This document shows, in pieces, positions 9,593-18,724 of a stretch of DNA of 32,000 bases; positions within the stretch are counted from its first letter, which is position 1; the number at the start of each line of letters is the position of its first letter. This DNA comes from an uncultured bacterium. Lineage in GTDB: Bacteria > Margulisbacteria > WOR-1 > CAVSGV01. The notes under the pieces are model-generated. The model worked only from the letters and a program-made list of their open reading frames with translations. It had not been told where the DNA came from and did not search any database. The stretch lies in contig OY969425.1 in assembly GCA_963699255.1 (NCBI GenBank), positions 1,380,001 to 1,412,000 of the forward strand, given 5' to 3'. The position numbers and the translations under genes were made by a program.

Positions 9593-9689
9593 CCTCATCC
9601 CTAGCCCTTCCCCATGAAATGGAGAAGGGAACCTTTACTCCAGTTACGTTTCCTCTCTCCTATTTATAGGAGAGAGTCTAGGAGTGAGG
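9593..9689. repeat. Structured palindromic element: outer inverted repeats plus two internal hairpins
   Basis: Outer near-inverted repeat cctcatccctag (9593-9604) / ctaggagtgagg (9678-9689). Hairpins cccttccccat-gaa-atggagaaggg (9605-9629) and ctctctcctat-tt-ataggagagag (9653-9676). Confidence 0.6.
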
Positions 9690-10130
9690 TTCATTTTTTA
9701 GAGCTTCGGACACGATCCTGCTGACGATGGACCCGTCCACATTCAAACCCTTACCCATCACGGCTTTCATGACCTTTCCGGTGTCCTTTGCCGATGTTGC
9801 GCCGACCTCTGCGATGATCTTGGCGACAACCTCCCTGACTTCCGACTCGGACATCATCTTTGGCAAATATTCTTCGACGATCTTCAGCTCGCCTTCCAGC
9901 TTCGCGACGGCTTCGGGTCTATTGACCTTTTTTGTTTCCATAATAGCGTCTTTCAGGCTTTTCGCGTATTTTTGGAGGATCTTTGTGATCTCGGCATCCG
10001 CAAGATCTCCCCTTGCGTTCACATTAAGGATCTTTGACTTCATCATTCGTATGACATCGAGCCTGGAGGCGTCCCTTGCCTTCATCGCGGCAGACAGGTC
10101 GTCATTTATCTTCTTGAACAGTTCAGCCAT
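9678..10130 (-). CDS. yqeY: GatB/YqeY domain-containing protein
   Basis: 150 aa; KINDDLSAAMKARDASRLDVIRMMKSKI, LPKMMSESEVREVVAKIIAEVGA, MGKVMKAVMGK-like DTGKVMKAVMGKGLNVDGSIVSRIVSEAL. Confidence 0.92.
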   Translation of the reverse strand: MAELFKKINDDLSAAMKARDASRLDVIRMMKSKILNVNARGDLADAEITKILQKYAKSLKDAIMETKKVNRPEAVAKLEGELKIVEEYLPKMMSESEVREVVAKIIAEVGATSAKDTGKVMKAVMGKGLNVDGSIVSRIVSEALKNEPHS

Positions 10131-10213
10131 ATATAATCCCCCTTCGATATCAATTACATTAGTATATTTAAAAACCCAGGCGCTGTAAAGTTGTTTGTAA
10201 GGAATTCCGAAGA

Positions 10214-10241
10214 TTGACAGACCATATCACAGTTGTATAAT
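10214..10241 (+). promoter_or_regulatory. Predicted promoter for small membrane ORF
   Basis: TTGACA (10214-10219), 16 bp, TATAAT (10236-10241); SD ggaggtg follows. Confidence 0.7.
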
Positions 10242-10262
10242 AAAAAATCCGGAGGTGAAATA

Positions 10263-10442
10263 ATGACCAAATATCAGATCCTTGTATTAGGTTTGCTTAT
10301 CGCAGGGATTTTATCCGCCTTATTAGAGGTTGTGTCTGTAAGCGGTAAAGGGATGATGTTCCAGCTCCACAGGGTATTTGCCGTGCTCACTTTGCTGGCG
10401 ATACTACTTTTAGGGTACAGGGCTTTCTTTTTGATCAGATAG
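10263..10442 (+). CDS. Small hypothetical membrane protein, about 2 TM segments
   Basis: MTKYQILVLGLLIAGILSALLEVVSVSGKGMMFQLHRVFAVLTLLAILLLGYRAFFLIR. SD ggaggtg lies 5' of the ATG at 10263; the longer ORF start at 10233 is less likely. Confidence 0.7.
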   Translation: MTKYQILVLGLLIAGILSALLEVVSVSGKGMMFQLHRVFAVLTLLAILLLGYRAFFLIR

Positions 10443-10455
10443 TTACAATGTCATT

Positions 10456-10495
10456 AAGGCCATTATGGCCGGTAAGGCTATAATGGCCTTTTTAT
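10456..10495 (+). terminator. Rho-independent terminator
   Basis: Perfect 11-bp stem aaggccattat (10456-10466) / ataatggcctt (10480-10490), followed by a T-rich tract. Confidence 0.75.
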
Positions 10496-10499
10496 TATT

Positions 10500-11069
10500 A
10501 TGTTAAAAAAATGGAAACTATATAAGGAAGATCTAAGAATAAAGAACAGGGTCATGTTCCATGTCGTTGACTGGATCGAGTCGATCCTTGTCGCCCTGGT
10601 ACTGGCGCTCATTATCAGACAGTTCGCCTTCCAGACGTCGGAAGTACTCTCCGGATCGATGATTCCTACGCTTCTAGTTAAAGACCGCGTCATTGTTAAC
10701 AAACTTGTCTACAGGTATTACGGGAAGATGGAAAGGGGAGACGTTGTCCTTTTCAAATCTACCATACCGCCGCAGAGGGATTTTATCAAGAGATTGATCG
10801 GACTTCCCGGCGAGACCATTAGGGTCCGTGGCGGAATTGTGCTTATAGACGGCAAGGCGATCGATCAAAGCAAGTGGAACATAATCTGGGACAACTCAAA
10901 TTTCGGGCCGTTCAAAATACCTGATAACTCATACTTCTTCCTTGGCGATAACAGGCCGGACAGCTATGACAGCAGGTTCTGGGGAGCGGTGCCGCGGGCC
11001 AATATCATAGGAAAAGCCGATCTGCTGATATGGCCGCCCTGGCGCATCCATCTTTTTACTTCAAAGTAA
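10500..11069 (+). CDS. lepB: Signal peptidase I
   Basis: 189 aa; QTSEVLSGSMIPTLLVKDRVIVNKLVYR, RGDVVLFKSTIPPQRDFIKRLIGLPGETI, FFLGDNRPDSYDSRFWGAVPRANIIGKA. Confidence 0.95.
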   Translation: MLKKWKLYKEDLRIKNRVMFHVVDWIESILVALVLALIIRQFAFQTSEVLSGSMIPTLLVKDRVIVNKLVYRYYGKMERGDVVLFKSTIPPQRDFIKRLIGLPGETIRVRGGIVLIDGKAIDQSKWNIIWDNSNFGPFKIPDNSYFFLGDNRPDSYDSRFWGAVPRANIIGKADLLIWPPWRIHLFTSK

Positions 11070-11122
11070 CAAACTTAACCTCAAAGAAAAGCATTTAACG
11101 GACATAAGCCCGAACACCAGAG

Positions 11123-12112
11123 TTACCTCAGTCTGACCACAAGAAAATAAGCACATGCGGAGATCACGGCAGCACAGGGGATCGTAAGTATCCATGCCCA
11201 GATTATAGCGCCGGCAACTCCCCAGTGTACGGCGTTCTTCCGTTGAATGGAACCGACCCCCATGATGGAAGCGGTGATCGTATGAGTGGTGCTCACTGGA
11301 ATTCCAAGCGCTGATGAGGCGAAAAGCGTCATGGCAGCGCCGGTTTCCGCGCAGAATCCGTCCACCGGCTTCAGTTTTGCGACTCTCTGTCCCATTGTTT
11401 TTACGATGCGCCATCCGCCGAACATCGTTCCCAGGGCAATGGCAGCATGACAGGAAATCACGATCCAGAATGGGATATGGAAAGTTTTGCCTAAAAGTCC
11501 GGCGCTGAAGAGAAGGCTCGCGATAATACCCATTGTTTTCTGCGCGTCATTGCCTCCATGGCCCATGCTGTAAAAAGCCGCGGAGACCAGCTGGCCCTTC
11601 CTGAAAAATTGATCCACCCTGCTGGGCGTACTGTTCCTGAAAAGAGAATATATGAACCTTCCGAACAGCGAACCCAGAAGAAGGCCCACGATAGGCGATA
11701 TAAAAATGAACGAAACCGTTTTTAGGATACCCGGCCAGAGAAGAGGGACGGTTCCGGCTTTAACGAGAGCGGCCCCTATCAATCCGCCGATCAGTGCGTG
11801 AGAAGAGCTTGTGGGCAGGGCCAGATACCATGTTATAAGGTCCCAGGCGCAGGCCCCGGCAAGAGCCCCGAAAACGACATACTTATCTATGATATTTATA
11901 TCGACTATTCCCTTGCCTATCGTGCCGGCAACGGTGAGGCCAAAGAAAAGGAAAGCGACGAAATTGAAGAACGCGGCCCAGACGACCGCATAGCGCGGTG
12001 ACAGGACACGCGTGGAAACTACCGTTGCTATTGAATTCGCGGAATCATGGAAGCCATTAAGGAAATCAAAAGAGAGAGCGAGAAGGATCAGGATCAATAT
12101 GCCAATGGTCAT
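11123..12112 (-). CDS. Inorganic phosphate transporter, PiT family
   Basis: 329 aa; FLNGFHDSANSIATVVSTRVLSP, WYLALPTSSSHALIGGLIGA, MGHGGNDAQKTMGII, GIPVSTTHTITASIMGVG. Confidence 0.95.
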   Translation of the reverse strand: MTIGILILILLALSFDFLNGFHDSANSIATVVSTRVLSPRYAVVWAAFFNFVAFLFFGLTVAGTIGKGIVDINIIDKYVVFGALAGACAWDLITWYLALPTSSSHALIGGLIGAALVKAGTVPLLWPGILKTVSFIFISPIVGLLLGSLFGRFIYSLFRNSTPSRVDQFFRKGQLVSAAFYSMGHGGNDAQKTMGIIASLLFSAGLLGKTFHIPFWIVISCHAAIALGTMFGGWRIVKTMGQRVAKLKPVDGFCAETGAAMTLFASSALGIPVSTTHTITASIMGVGSIQRKNAVHWGVAGAIIWAWILTIPCAAVISACAYFLVVRLR

Positions 12113-12130
12113 TTAGACACCCCGGCTGCG

Positions 12131-12753
12131 CTAAGCATTCTTTACGACGATGCCCTCCACGGTATCGGCTACGTCCTCGCACATGTCTATGGCGGATTCA
12201 AGGTGATCGTAGATGTCGTTCCACTTTATTATTTCAACGGCGTCCTTGCCGTCGGAGAAAAGTTCGGCGATCGCGGCTTTGTGCAGCAGGTCGCCTTCGT
12301 TTTCCAGCCGGTTTATCTCAACGCAGTAATCCAGCGTCCGCCTCGAACGCTTTGGGTCCTTGAGGCTATTCACGGCTTTTCCCAATATCTCTATGGCCGC
12401 AATAAGGACCTCCGTCAGTTTCAGGGTTTCGGGTGTCGGTTTTTTTATCTTGTAGAGCTGGAGGCGGTCCGCGGTGGCAAGTATGTAATCGAGTACATCA
12501 TCAACTTCGCTGGTGAGCTGATGAATATCTTCCCTGTCTATCGGGGTAATGAACGTCCTGTTCAGCTTGTCGAAGATCTCGTGGGTAAGTATGTCCCCCT
12601 CATGCTCTAAGTCTTTTATGTTCTTGATCTTCTGTTCAATATTCGTGTAATCGTTAAGAAGGTCCTTGAAAGCCTGTCCGGCCTTGATGAGATTGTTCGA
12701 GGCGCGCTCGAACATTTCAAAGAATTTTCGTCCCTGGGAAAGAAGCTGAACAT
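12131..12753 (-). CDS. DUF47 / PhoU-like PiT accessory protein; 5' end frameshifted
   Basis: The ORF from 12715 (MFERASNNLIKAGQAFKDLL...HEGDILTHEIFDKLNRTFITPIDREDIHQL...) is typical of TIGR00153-type proteins. The upstream ATG at 12753 gives MFSFFPRDE, which joins FFEMFERAS in the other frame if one A is restored. Confidence 0.85.
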
Positions 12754-12861
12754 GGTTAACCTTTCAAAAGTTCTTATCTTAAATCAAGTAAATTTTACAC
12801 GGAATTTCGGGCTAAAGCAAGTTGATAATAAATGAAAGGCAAGATGTTAGATGAGAAAAAC

Positions 12862-12944
12862 TGGAGAGGGCTGGATTCGAACCAGCGAAGGCATAAGCCG
12901 TCTGATTTACAGTCAGATGCATTTGGCCACTTTGCTACCTCTCC
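12862..12944 (-). tRNA. tRNA-Tyr (anticodon GTA)
   Basis: GGAGAGG acceptor, CTGTAAA anticodon loop, long variable arm CGGCTTATGCCTTC, T arm GCTGG TTCGAAT CCAGC, CCTCTCC A. Confidence 0.95.
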
Positions 12945-13035
12945 GGACCAGACTGTCAGATTATCAGTATATCAGATAATCAGGAACACATTCAGTTAAA
13001 ATTATACGATAGGGGACGATCAAAATCAAATTAGG

Positions 13036-13680
13036 CTATTTTATTGCTACGTAGAATAAGATCGCGATGAAATGGCACGCCGCACCAAGCAGAACAAGGG
13101 TGTGCCAGAGCTCGTGATATCCGAATTTCGGATGGACATTCGGCTTTTTTATCGTGTAGATCACCCCGCCGATCGTGTATATCACGCCGCCTATGACGAG
13201 CCACATCATTCCGCCCGCGGGCATGGCCTGGAAGAGCGGCCTTAAAGCGATCACAACAAGCCAGCCCATAAGAACATATATAAGCGTCGTAAGCCAACGC
13301 CACACGTCAATATACACGGATTGAACGACAATGCCGAATACCGCCATTCCCCATATAAGCCCGAATATGGTCCATCCCCAGGGACCTCGAAGCGTGTTCA
13401 GGCAAAAAGGAGTGTATGTCCCCGCTATCAGTAAATATATCGCGAGGTGGTCAAGCTTCCGGAAGATCTGGTATCTGCCGCCGGCCGATTGAGGAAGCCA
13501 GTGATAAAGCGTTCCGAATAGGAAAAGAATGAAAAGGCTGCCTCCATATATCGAGAAAGAAACGATCTTCCATACGGAGCCGCTTCCAAGCACGAGGAGG
13601 ATCACAAGCGCGGGGATCGAAAGGACAGCGCCGATAAAATGAAGAAAGCCTGCAACAGGTTCTTTTAACATGATCTTCAT
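13036..13680 (-). CDS. Hemolysin III / PAQR family membrane protein
   Basis: 214 aa; GFLHFIGAVLSIPALVIL, TLYHWLPQSAGGRYQIFRKLDHLAIYLLIAGTYTPFCL, FGYHELWHTLVLLGAACHFIAI. Confidence 0.92.
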   Translation of the reverse strand: MKIMLKEPVAGFLHFIGAVLSIPALVILLVLGSGSVWKIVSFSIYGGSLFILFLFGTLYHWLPQSAGGRYQIFRKLDHLAIYLLIAGTYTPFCLNTLRGPWGWTIFGLIWGMAVFGIVVQSVYIDVWRWLTTLIYVLMGWLVVIALRPLFQAMPAGGMMWLVIGGVIYTIGGVIYTIKKPNVHPKFGYHELWHTLVLLGAACHFIAILFYVAIK

Positions 13681-15377
13681 AATATCTTCCAGACCTGCGC
13701 CCCGTCATTGACGTAGATCAACCTGTATTTCCATGGCTTTTTCTCAAGGGCTTCTTTCTTGTAGGCATTGTCGTACACCACTTTGCTTCCGATGTAAACA
13801 TAATCGGCCTTCAGGCCCACGGGCTTTTCTTCGATCGATTGTTCGGTCAAGAGCTGGAAACTGTGAGGATTCGTTATCCTTCTTCCGATAATTGCCGGGA
13901 TCCAAAGCCCAGCATCACCATAGTTGTTGGCAAAAACAGAACTTCTGCTTATGGTATTGTCGATCCATTTAAAGGCGCTCAAGTCCGCCTGCGTTACCGA
14001 GCACATTGAAACTGAATTATAAACATAAAAAACCGTATAAAAGGTGACCCCAACGGCTATCAAGGCGACCGATAATGCACCATTTCGGAATGCATTTGTT
14101 TTTGCTAAAGGAGCCACAAAGACGGAAAAAGGTATTATCATTAAAAGTGCTACGCGGCCCGGATATAATAGATAAGAAAAAGGAATAAGCCAGAACCTGT
14201 AATTGATGATAAGCAGGCATATAACAAGTGCTACTAACGCAAAAACAAAGAACTCTTTTGATCTTTCCTTCCACGAGACAAAGAAGCCGTAAACCGACAT
14301 GATAATAAAAGGGATTCCGGCGATCAGATCATATATAACAGATTTGATGTCAAAGTTCTGCCAGCCCCTTGCGTACTCGATCGCAGATTTTGTGATTGTC
14401 AATTTCGCGCTCATCAAGCAAGGTGAAAGGAAGATCAGCACACATGCGACTAACTGAAATGCCGTTGTCATGCCATAGTTGCGCTTATTTATGAAGAACA
14501 TGTAGTAAACAGCGATTATTATTCCGCCCGCCAGGAAAATTATCGGATGGGTAAGGTAAGCTGCGGCAAGCGCGAGAGAAGCAAAGATCATATTCATCAG
14601 TTCCTTTTCTTTTTTTATTTCAATTATAAGGGCAAAAGCCAGGATCAAAAAGAAAAGGGCTAATACTGTCGGGTTACCTCCCCACCGGATGATCCATTGA
14701 GGGCTCCTCGTAAGAAAACTTGTTAGAACGGATGAAAGCATCGCGGTTTTCTTATCGAAAAAATTCAAAAGGAACACGTATAGTCCGAAGGTTATCAGCG
14801 CGTGGGAGATGCATGATAAGAACAGGGCGGCTTTGAAAACAAGCACCCTGCCCAAAAGAGAGATCAATGCGACCAGGACGGGAAATCCGGATGGATACGC
14901 GCCGAAATTGGATACGGGAAGCAGCGGTTCGTATGTATCGGGGATCTTATCGTTATCGAATATCAGCCTCGCGATGTAGGAATGCATGCTCATGTCCGCC
15001 CCTGCCGGGGCCTGTTGGAGAAGAACGGGCACCAGTCTTAGTAGCGTCACGATCAAAAGGAGGAGAAGGATGGCCGCCTCATTTTTTTCGATGTTCAAAA
15101 AGATCTTTGCAACATTCTTGTAATTGAAGGCTGCGATCAGAACCGAAAGAATGAACACCGCGTAAACCGAACCCAGCAAAGAAATGCCAAAAGGCTTGAT
15201 CAGCCACGGGAAAACAATGAAAAAGGAAAGGGAAAATCCGATGCAGCGGACAACGATCTCAGACAATCCTTTTTTGCTGAAGGACCTTGAAAGGACGAGC
15301 AGTATCCCGGGTAAAACAAATAAAAAAACCGGCATTTGTCGGTAATTATACATCATTATATGCGTGGAAACAGCCAT
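13677..15377 (-). CDS. Multi-TM protein, probable GT-C-type glycosyltransferase-like
   Basis: 566 aa with many hydrophobic segments. Periplasmic-loop-like ADMSMHSYIARLIFDNDKIPDTYEPLLPVSNFGAYPSGFPVLVALISLLGR and a C-terminal soluble-looking domain. Confidence 0.65.
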   Translation of the reverse strand: MAVSTHIMMYNYRQMPVFLFVLPGILLVLSRSFSKKGLSEIVVRCIGFSLSFFIVFPWLIKPFGISLLGSVYAVFILSVLIAAFNYKNVAKIFLNIEKNEAAILLLLLIVTLLRLVPVLLQQAPAGADMSMHSYIARLIFDNDKIPDTYEPLLPVSNFGAYPSGFPVLVALISLLGRVLVFKAALFLSCISHALITFGLYVFLLNFFDKKTAMLSSVLTSFLTRSPQWIIRWGGNPTVLALFFLILAFALIIEIKKEKELMNMIFASLALAAAYLTHPIIFLAGGIIIAVYYMFFINKRNYGMTTAFQLVACVLIFLSPCLMSAKLTITKSAIEYARGWQNFDIKSVIYDLIAGIPFIIMSVYGFFVSWKERSKEFFVFALVALVICLLIINYRFWLIPFSYLLYPGRVALLMIIPFSVFVAPLAKTNAFRNGALSVALIAVGVTFYTVFYVYNSVSMCSVTQADLSAFKWIDNTISRSSVFANNYGDAGLWIPAIIGRRITNPHSFQLLTEQSIEEKPVGLKADYVYIGSKVVYDNAYKKEALEKKPWKYRLIYVNDGAQVWKIL

Positions 15378-15413
15378 GACATCATGAACGAACCCGGCTT
15401 TTCTGCTTGCCTG

Positions 15414-16121
15414 TTATGACTGGGCGATTATCAGGATGGATTGCCCGAACGGCAACCGGATGAAGTTTTCGATCAGGGATACTACCGGCACGATGAACTT
15501 ATCGTAAAAAAGTATCCTCTTCTCTGCGGGGCTTTTAGCCCTTAGGACCCTGCTGTACAGGAACCAGCTGAAGGCGCCCGTGAAGTTCACATATCTGCTT
15601 TTGACTATCTTGAAGCCAGCCTCATGTAACATGAGCTCCAGTTCCTTTTTGTTGTATCTTCTATAATGCCCGAGCTCTTTATCAAGGGTCCCGTATATGG
15701 CGTTGAGCGCCGGCACGAACAATATGAATTTACCGCCGGACTTCATGATCCCGTGAATATTTCGCACGACTTTTTTGTCATCTTCAATGTGTTCCAGGAC
15801 GTTCAGGCATATAACGGTGTCAATTCCCTTTTCCCGGACCATGTTCAATAGCTCAGGGGCATTAATATCAGACTTGAAGATCTCGATGTTCTTGTCCTTC
15901 GAGAACTCCGCCGTTAAGTAGTTATAACACTCCTCCGAGGGCTCAACGGCGGCGACATATTCCCTGTTGCTGATGAAGCTTATGAACGTCCCATACCCGC
16001 TGCCGATGTCCAGGACCCTTTTGCCAACGAAATCTTTGTACATGCTGAAAACCCAATTGTTGTAATTGGTCGTCTTGGTCATATACGGCAGCCATGATGT
16101 GTGGGCCGATGGTTTGTTCAT
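15414..16121 (-). CDS. SAM-dependent methyltransferase
   Basis: GKRVLDIGSGYGTFISFI, VDTVICLNVLEHIEDDKKVVRNIHGIMKSGGKFILFVPA. Start chosen at ATG 16121 (MNKPSAHTS) behind GGAG; the ORF is open to 16157. Confidence 0.88.
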   Translation of the reverse strand: MNKPSAHTSWLPYMTKTTNYNNWVFSMYKDFVGKRVLDIGSGYGTFISFISNREYVAAVEPSEECYNYLTAEFSKDKNIEIFKSDINAPELLNMVREKGIDTVICLNVLEHIEDDKKVVRNIHGIMKSGGKFILFVPALNAIYGTLDKELGHYRRYNKKELELMLHEAGFKIVKSRYVNFTGAFSWFLYSRVLRAKSPAEKRILFYDKFIVPVVSLIENFIRLPFGQSILIIAQS

Positions 16122-16203
16122 GCTCTCTCCTTTGTTTCCGGCAATATTATACATCAAGGGCAGCTTATTATGAAATCGAGCGATTTGTTGTATAATTGGA
16201 GCG

Positions 16204-17955
16204 ATGAAAAAGTGTGCCCTTCATATCGCGGTAGCCCTGACTGTAATTGCCAGCATTTATGCTTTTTTCAATCTCCTTAGACCGCTTGATGTTTTTCTTT
16301 GGGATGAGTCCCATCACGGATTCTACGGGATGCAGATATATAATGACCTTAAGGCGGCGGATCTCGGGTCATTTTGGGCCCACACGAACAATCAGGCGCT
16401 CTGGATGCCGCTTCATTCGTGGTTTGACGGCGTGTTCCTCTTGATATTCGGCTTCTCGTATACTTCCGCGAGGCTTTCGAGCCTTTTCCTTTTTTTCGTC
16501 TGTTCCATATTGATATATTTGATCGGCCTTGAACTCTCAAAGGCAAAGGGCTGGATTATAGGTCTTACAGCGGTGCTGTTCTATCTTACCTCTCCGGCCA
16601 TACTTCATCTGGCGACCGTCAACATGCAGGAAATGCTCGGGATCCTCGTGTGTCTTATTACAGTGTATTTCATAGTTCGTAACACTTGCGTCGTTGCCGC
16701 AAGGGAACCTCTTGCGATAGGTTTTTTATTGAGCATCGCCTATTGGGCCAAACAAAATTACGCGATGGTCACGGTGTTCGGGGTGTTTTTGTTCCAGATG
16801 TCCCTTTTGTGGGATTTGAGAAAAAAAGGGATCCCTCCTAAACCGGCCGGTCAAGGCAAAGACAAAAAAATGTCTTCCGGAAATGTAAAGGAGAACAGGT
16901 TTTATTCATGGATCCTCGATAATGTTCTTATCATCGCGGGGTTTTTGCCGCTCTTTATGCTCTGGTGGATAATGCCGCCATTCCAGCGGAAGTATGGTTT
17001 AGCCGTCACCTTTCGTCAGGGGTCCGTAACCGGCATGAAGACCTCCATCCTGTTCGAGTTCTTCGGGACGGCCGCATTCTACGTTCAATCGTTCATCACC
17101 AGCTATAATCTGTCATTCTGGGTCGCGCTCGGCTCCCTGGCCGCGGTGATCGCCTCCTTCTTCTTTTTCCGTGACAAGAAAATAAGGATCATCTCTTTGA
17201 TGTTTTGCGCAAACCTGATATTTATTAGCGTAATGTCATTCGCGCAGGAGAGATATCTTGCCACGGCCGCGCCTCTTGCTTTCATATTACTTGGATATTT
17301 TGGCCTGGCGATATTTGAAAGGCTTGCGAGCTTCAGGAAGATCCTGATTGCGGCTTATATTTTACTTGCGCTGATCGCCGCATCCTTCGCCTATGACCTT
17401 GTTAACTTAACGGAGTATACCAAGGAGGTGGCGAACAGAACATTAATGTCTTTTATTTACCCCGACGCCTTAAACCGGTTTTCACCTCCCTTTCTATTTG
17501 GTTTGGCAAAGCGGCCGGCTTTCACCTATCCCAAAGACTTCGCCGAGAATAAATACAAAGGTTTTAAGACCTCGCCGAGGTCAAAGCTACAAGACGCCCT
17601 GAACTTTTTTTCTTCAAACATTGAAAGGAACAAGTCTATTTCCACAATGATAAGCACTGCTCATGTGAGCCCTTATGTGATCTACTGGAACTTCCGTGAC
17701 TGGGGCGCCAATGTATTTACGGTGAATGATATGGGGCTTATAGGCAGATATTTCTGGATCTCGGATTATTTTATAGACCTGGATATTTCTCCAGACTCGC
17801 CTTATTATCCCGATGTGTATGAAAAACGGTGGAAAGACATATGCCCCGTTCTTTTGAGGGGCGGCTATATCAGGCTGGCCGCCAAAAAAGAGTTCAGCGA
17901 TCTGGGGTTTACGGCAAAAATATACAAGCGGGAAGGATTCATTAACTTTCAGTAG
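16204..17955 (+). CDS. ArnT/PMT-like glycosyltransferase (GT39/GT83-like, GT-C)
   Basis: 583 aa, multi-TM; RPLDVFLWDESHHGFYGMQIY, ARLSSLFLFFVCSILIYLIG, WLTAVLFYLTSPAILHLAT. Confidence 0.8.
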   Translation: MKKCALHIAVALTVIASIYAFFNLLRPLDVFLWDESHHGFYGMQIYNDLKAADLGSFWAHTNNQALWMPLHSWFDGVFLLIFGFSYTSARLSSLFLFFVCSILIYLIGLELSKAKGWIIGLTAVLFYLTSPAILHLATVNMQEMLGILVCLITVYFIVRNTCVVAAREPLAIGFLLSIAYWAKQNYAMVTVFGVFLFQMSLLWDLRKKGIPPKPAGQGKDKKMSSGNVKENRFYSWILDNVLIIAGFLPLFMLWWIMPPFQRKYGLAVTFRQGSVTGMKTSILFEFFGTAAFYVQSFITSYNLSFWVALGSLAAVIASFFFFRDKKIRIISLMFCANLIFISVMSFAQERYLATAAPLAFILLGYFGLAIFERLASFRKILIAAYILLALIAASFAYDLVNLTEYTKEVANRTLMSFIYPDALNRFSPPFLFGLAKRPAFTYPKDFAENKYKGFKTSPRSKLQDALNFFSSNIERNKSISTMISTAHVSPYVIYWNFRDWGANVFTVNDMGLIGRYFWISDYFIDLDISPDSPYYPDVYEKRWKDICPVLLRGGYIRLAAKKEFSDLGFTAKIYKREGFINFQ

Positions 17956-18702
17956 CCCTGGAAGCCGAGTTGCTTCTTTGTTTTACCACCTCATACATTA
18001 CAACAGCCGCGGCAACGGATGCATTAAGTGAAGAGATCTTTCCTTTCATCGGGATAGACACCACCTCATCGCAGTTCTCCTTTACGAGCCGCGATATGCC
18101 CTTTCCTTCGGCCCCGATGACTATCGCGGTCGGAAGGTTGAAATCGAATTCGGTAAAGGGCCTTTTTCCGTCCCGATCTATCCCAATTACCCAGATGCTG
18201 TTTTCCTTGAGGGTCCTGATGGCGTTGTTCAGGTTCGTTTCTCTCGCGACTGGAACGTATTCAACGGCCCCCGCAGATACTTTTGCCACCGTTTCCGTAA
18301 GGCCCACCGCTCTTCTCTGAGGGATTATTATCCCGTGAGTTCCGGAAGCATCCGCCGTCCTGATTATTGCTCCCAGGTTATGAGGATCTTCGAGGCCGTC
18401 AAGGATAACATAAAATGCCGGTTCGTTCCTCGACCTTGTGATCGCCAGCAGATCATGGACATCAACATACTCTTTTGCTGAGGCAAATGCGATGACGCCC
18501 TGGGCGGATCTTGTTAAGCTCTTTGTTTTCAGTATTTCGGGAGAGAGCCGCTCGACGGGATATTCCTCTCTCTCGCCGTATGCAGGATCTCCGCGATCGC
18601 CGAATGGCGCTCAATATCGGTGGATACCAGTATCTTGTTCAGCGCCCTTCCCGAGCGCAGAGCTTCGAGTACCGGATTTCTTCCTTCTATCTGGTCGGAC
18701 AT
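17942..18702 (-). CDS. rlmB: 23S rRNA (guanosine-2'-O)-methyltransferase RlmB (TrmH/SpoU family), frameshifted
   Basis: N-part MSDQIEGRNPVLEALRSGRALNKILVS..., then in another frame VERLSPEILKTKSLTRSAQGVIAFASAKEYVDVHDLL...YVILDGLEDPHNLGAIIRTADASGTHGIIIPQRRAVGLTETVAKVSAGAVEYVPV...SLNASVAAAVVMYEV. Confidence 0.92.
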
Positions 18703-18724
18703 GATATTAATGTATGTAAGAGGG

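Noticed and set aside
11061-11414. Plus-strand 117-aa ORF overlapping the PiT transporter 3' end
   Set aside because: It mostly overlaps the conserved antisense PiT coding sequence and the peptide is Arg/His-rich without domain character.
13451-13708. Minus-strand ORF in an alternative frame of the hemolysin III gene (also 13031-13303)
   Set aside because: Same-strand out-of-frame overlap with a well-supported PAQR/hemolysin III protein.
17942-17955. 14-nt convergent overlap between the 16204 gene and rlmB
   Set aside because: Short tail-to-tail overlaps are common in compact genomes; not informative on their own.
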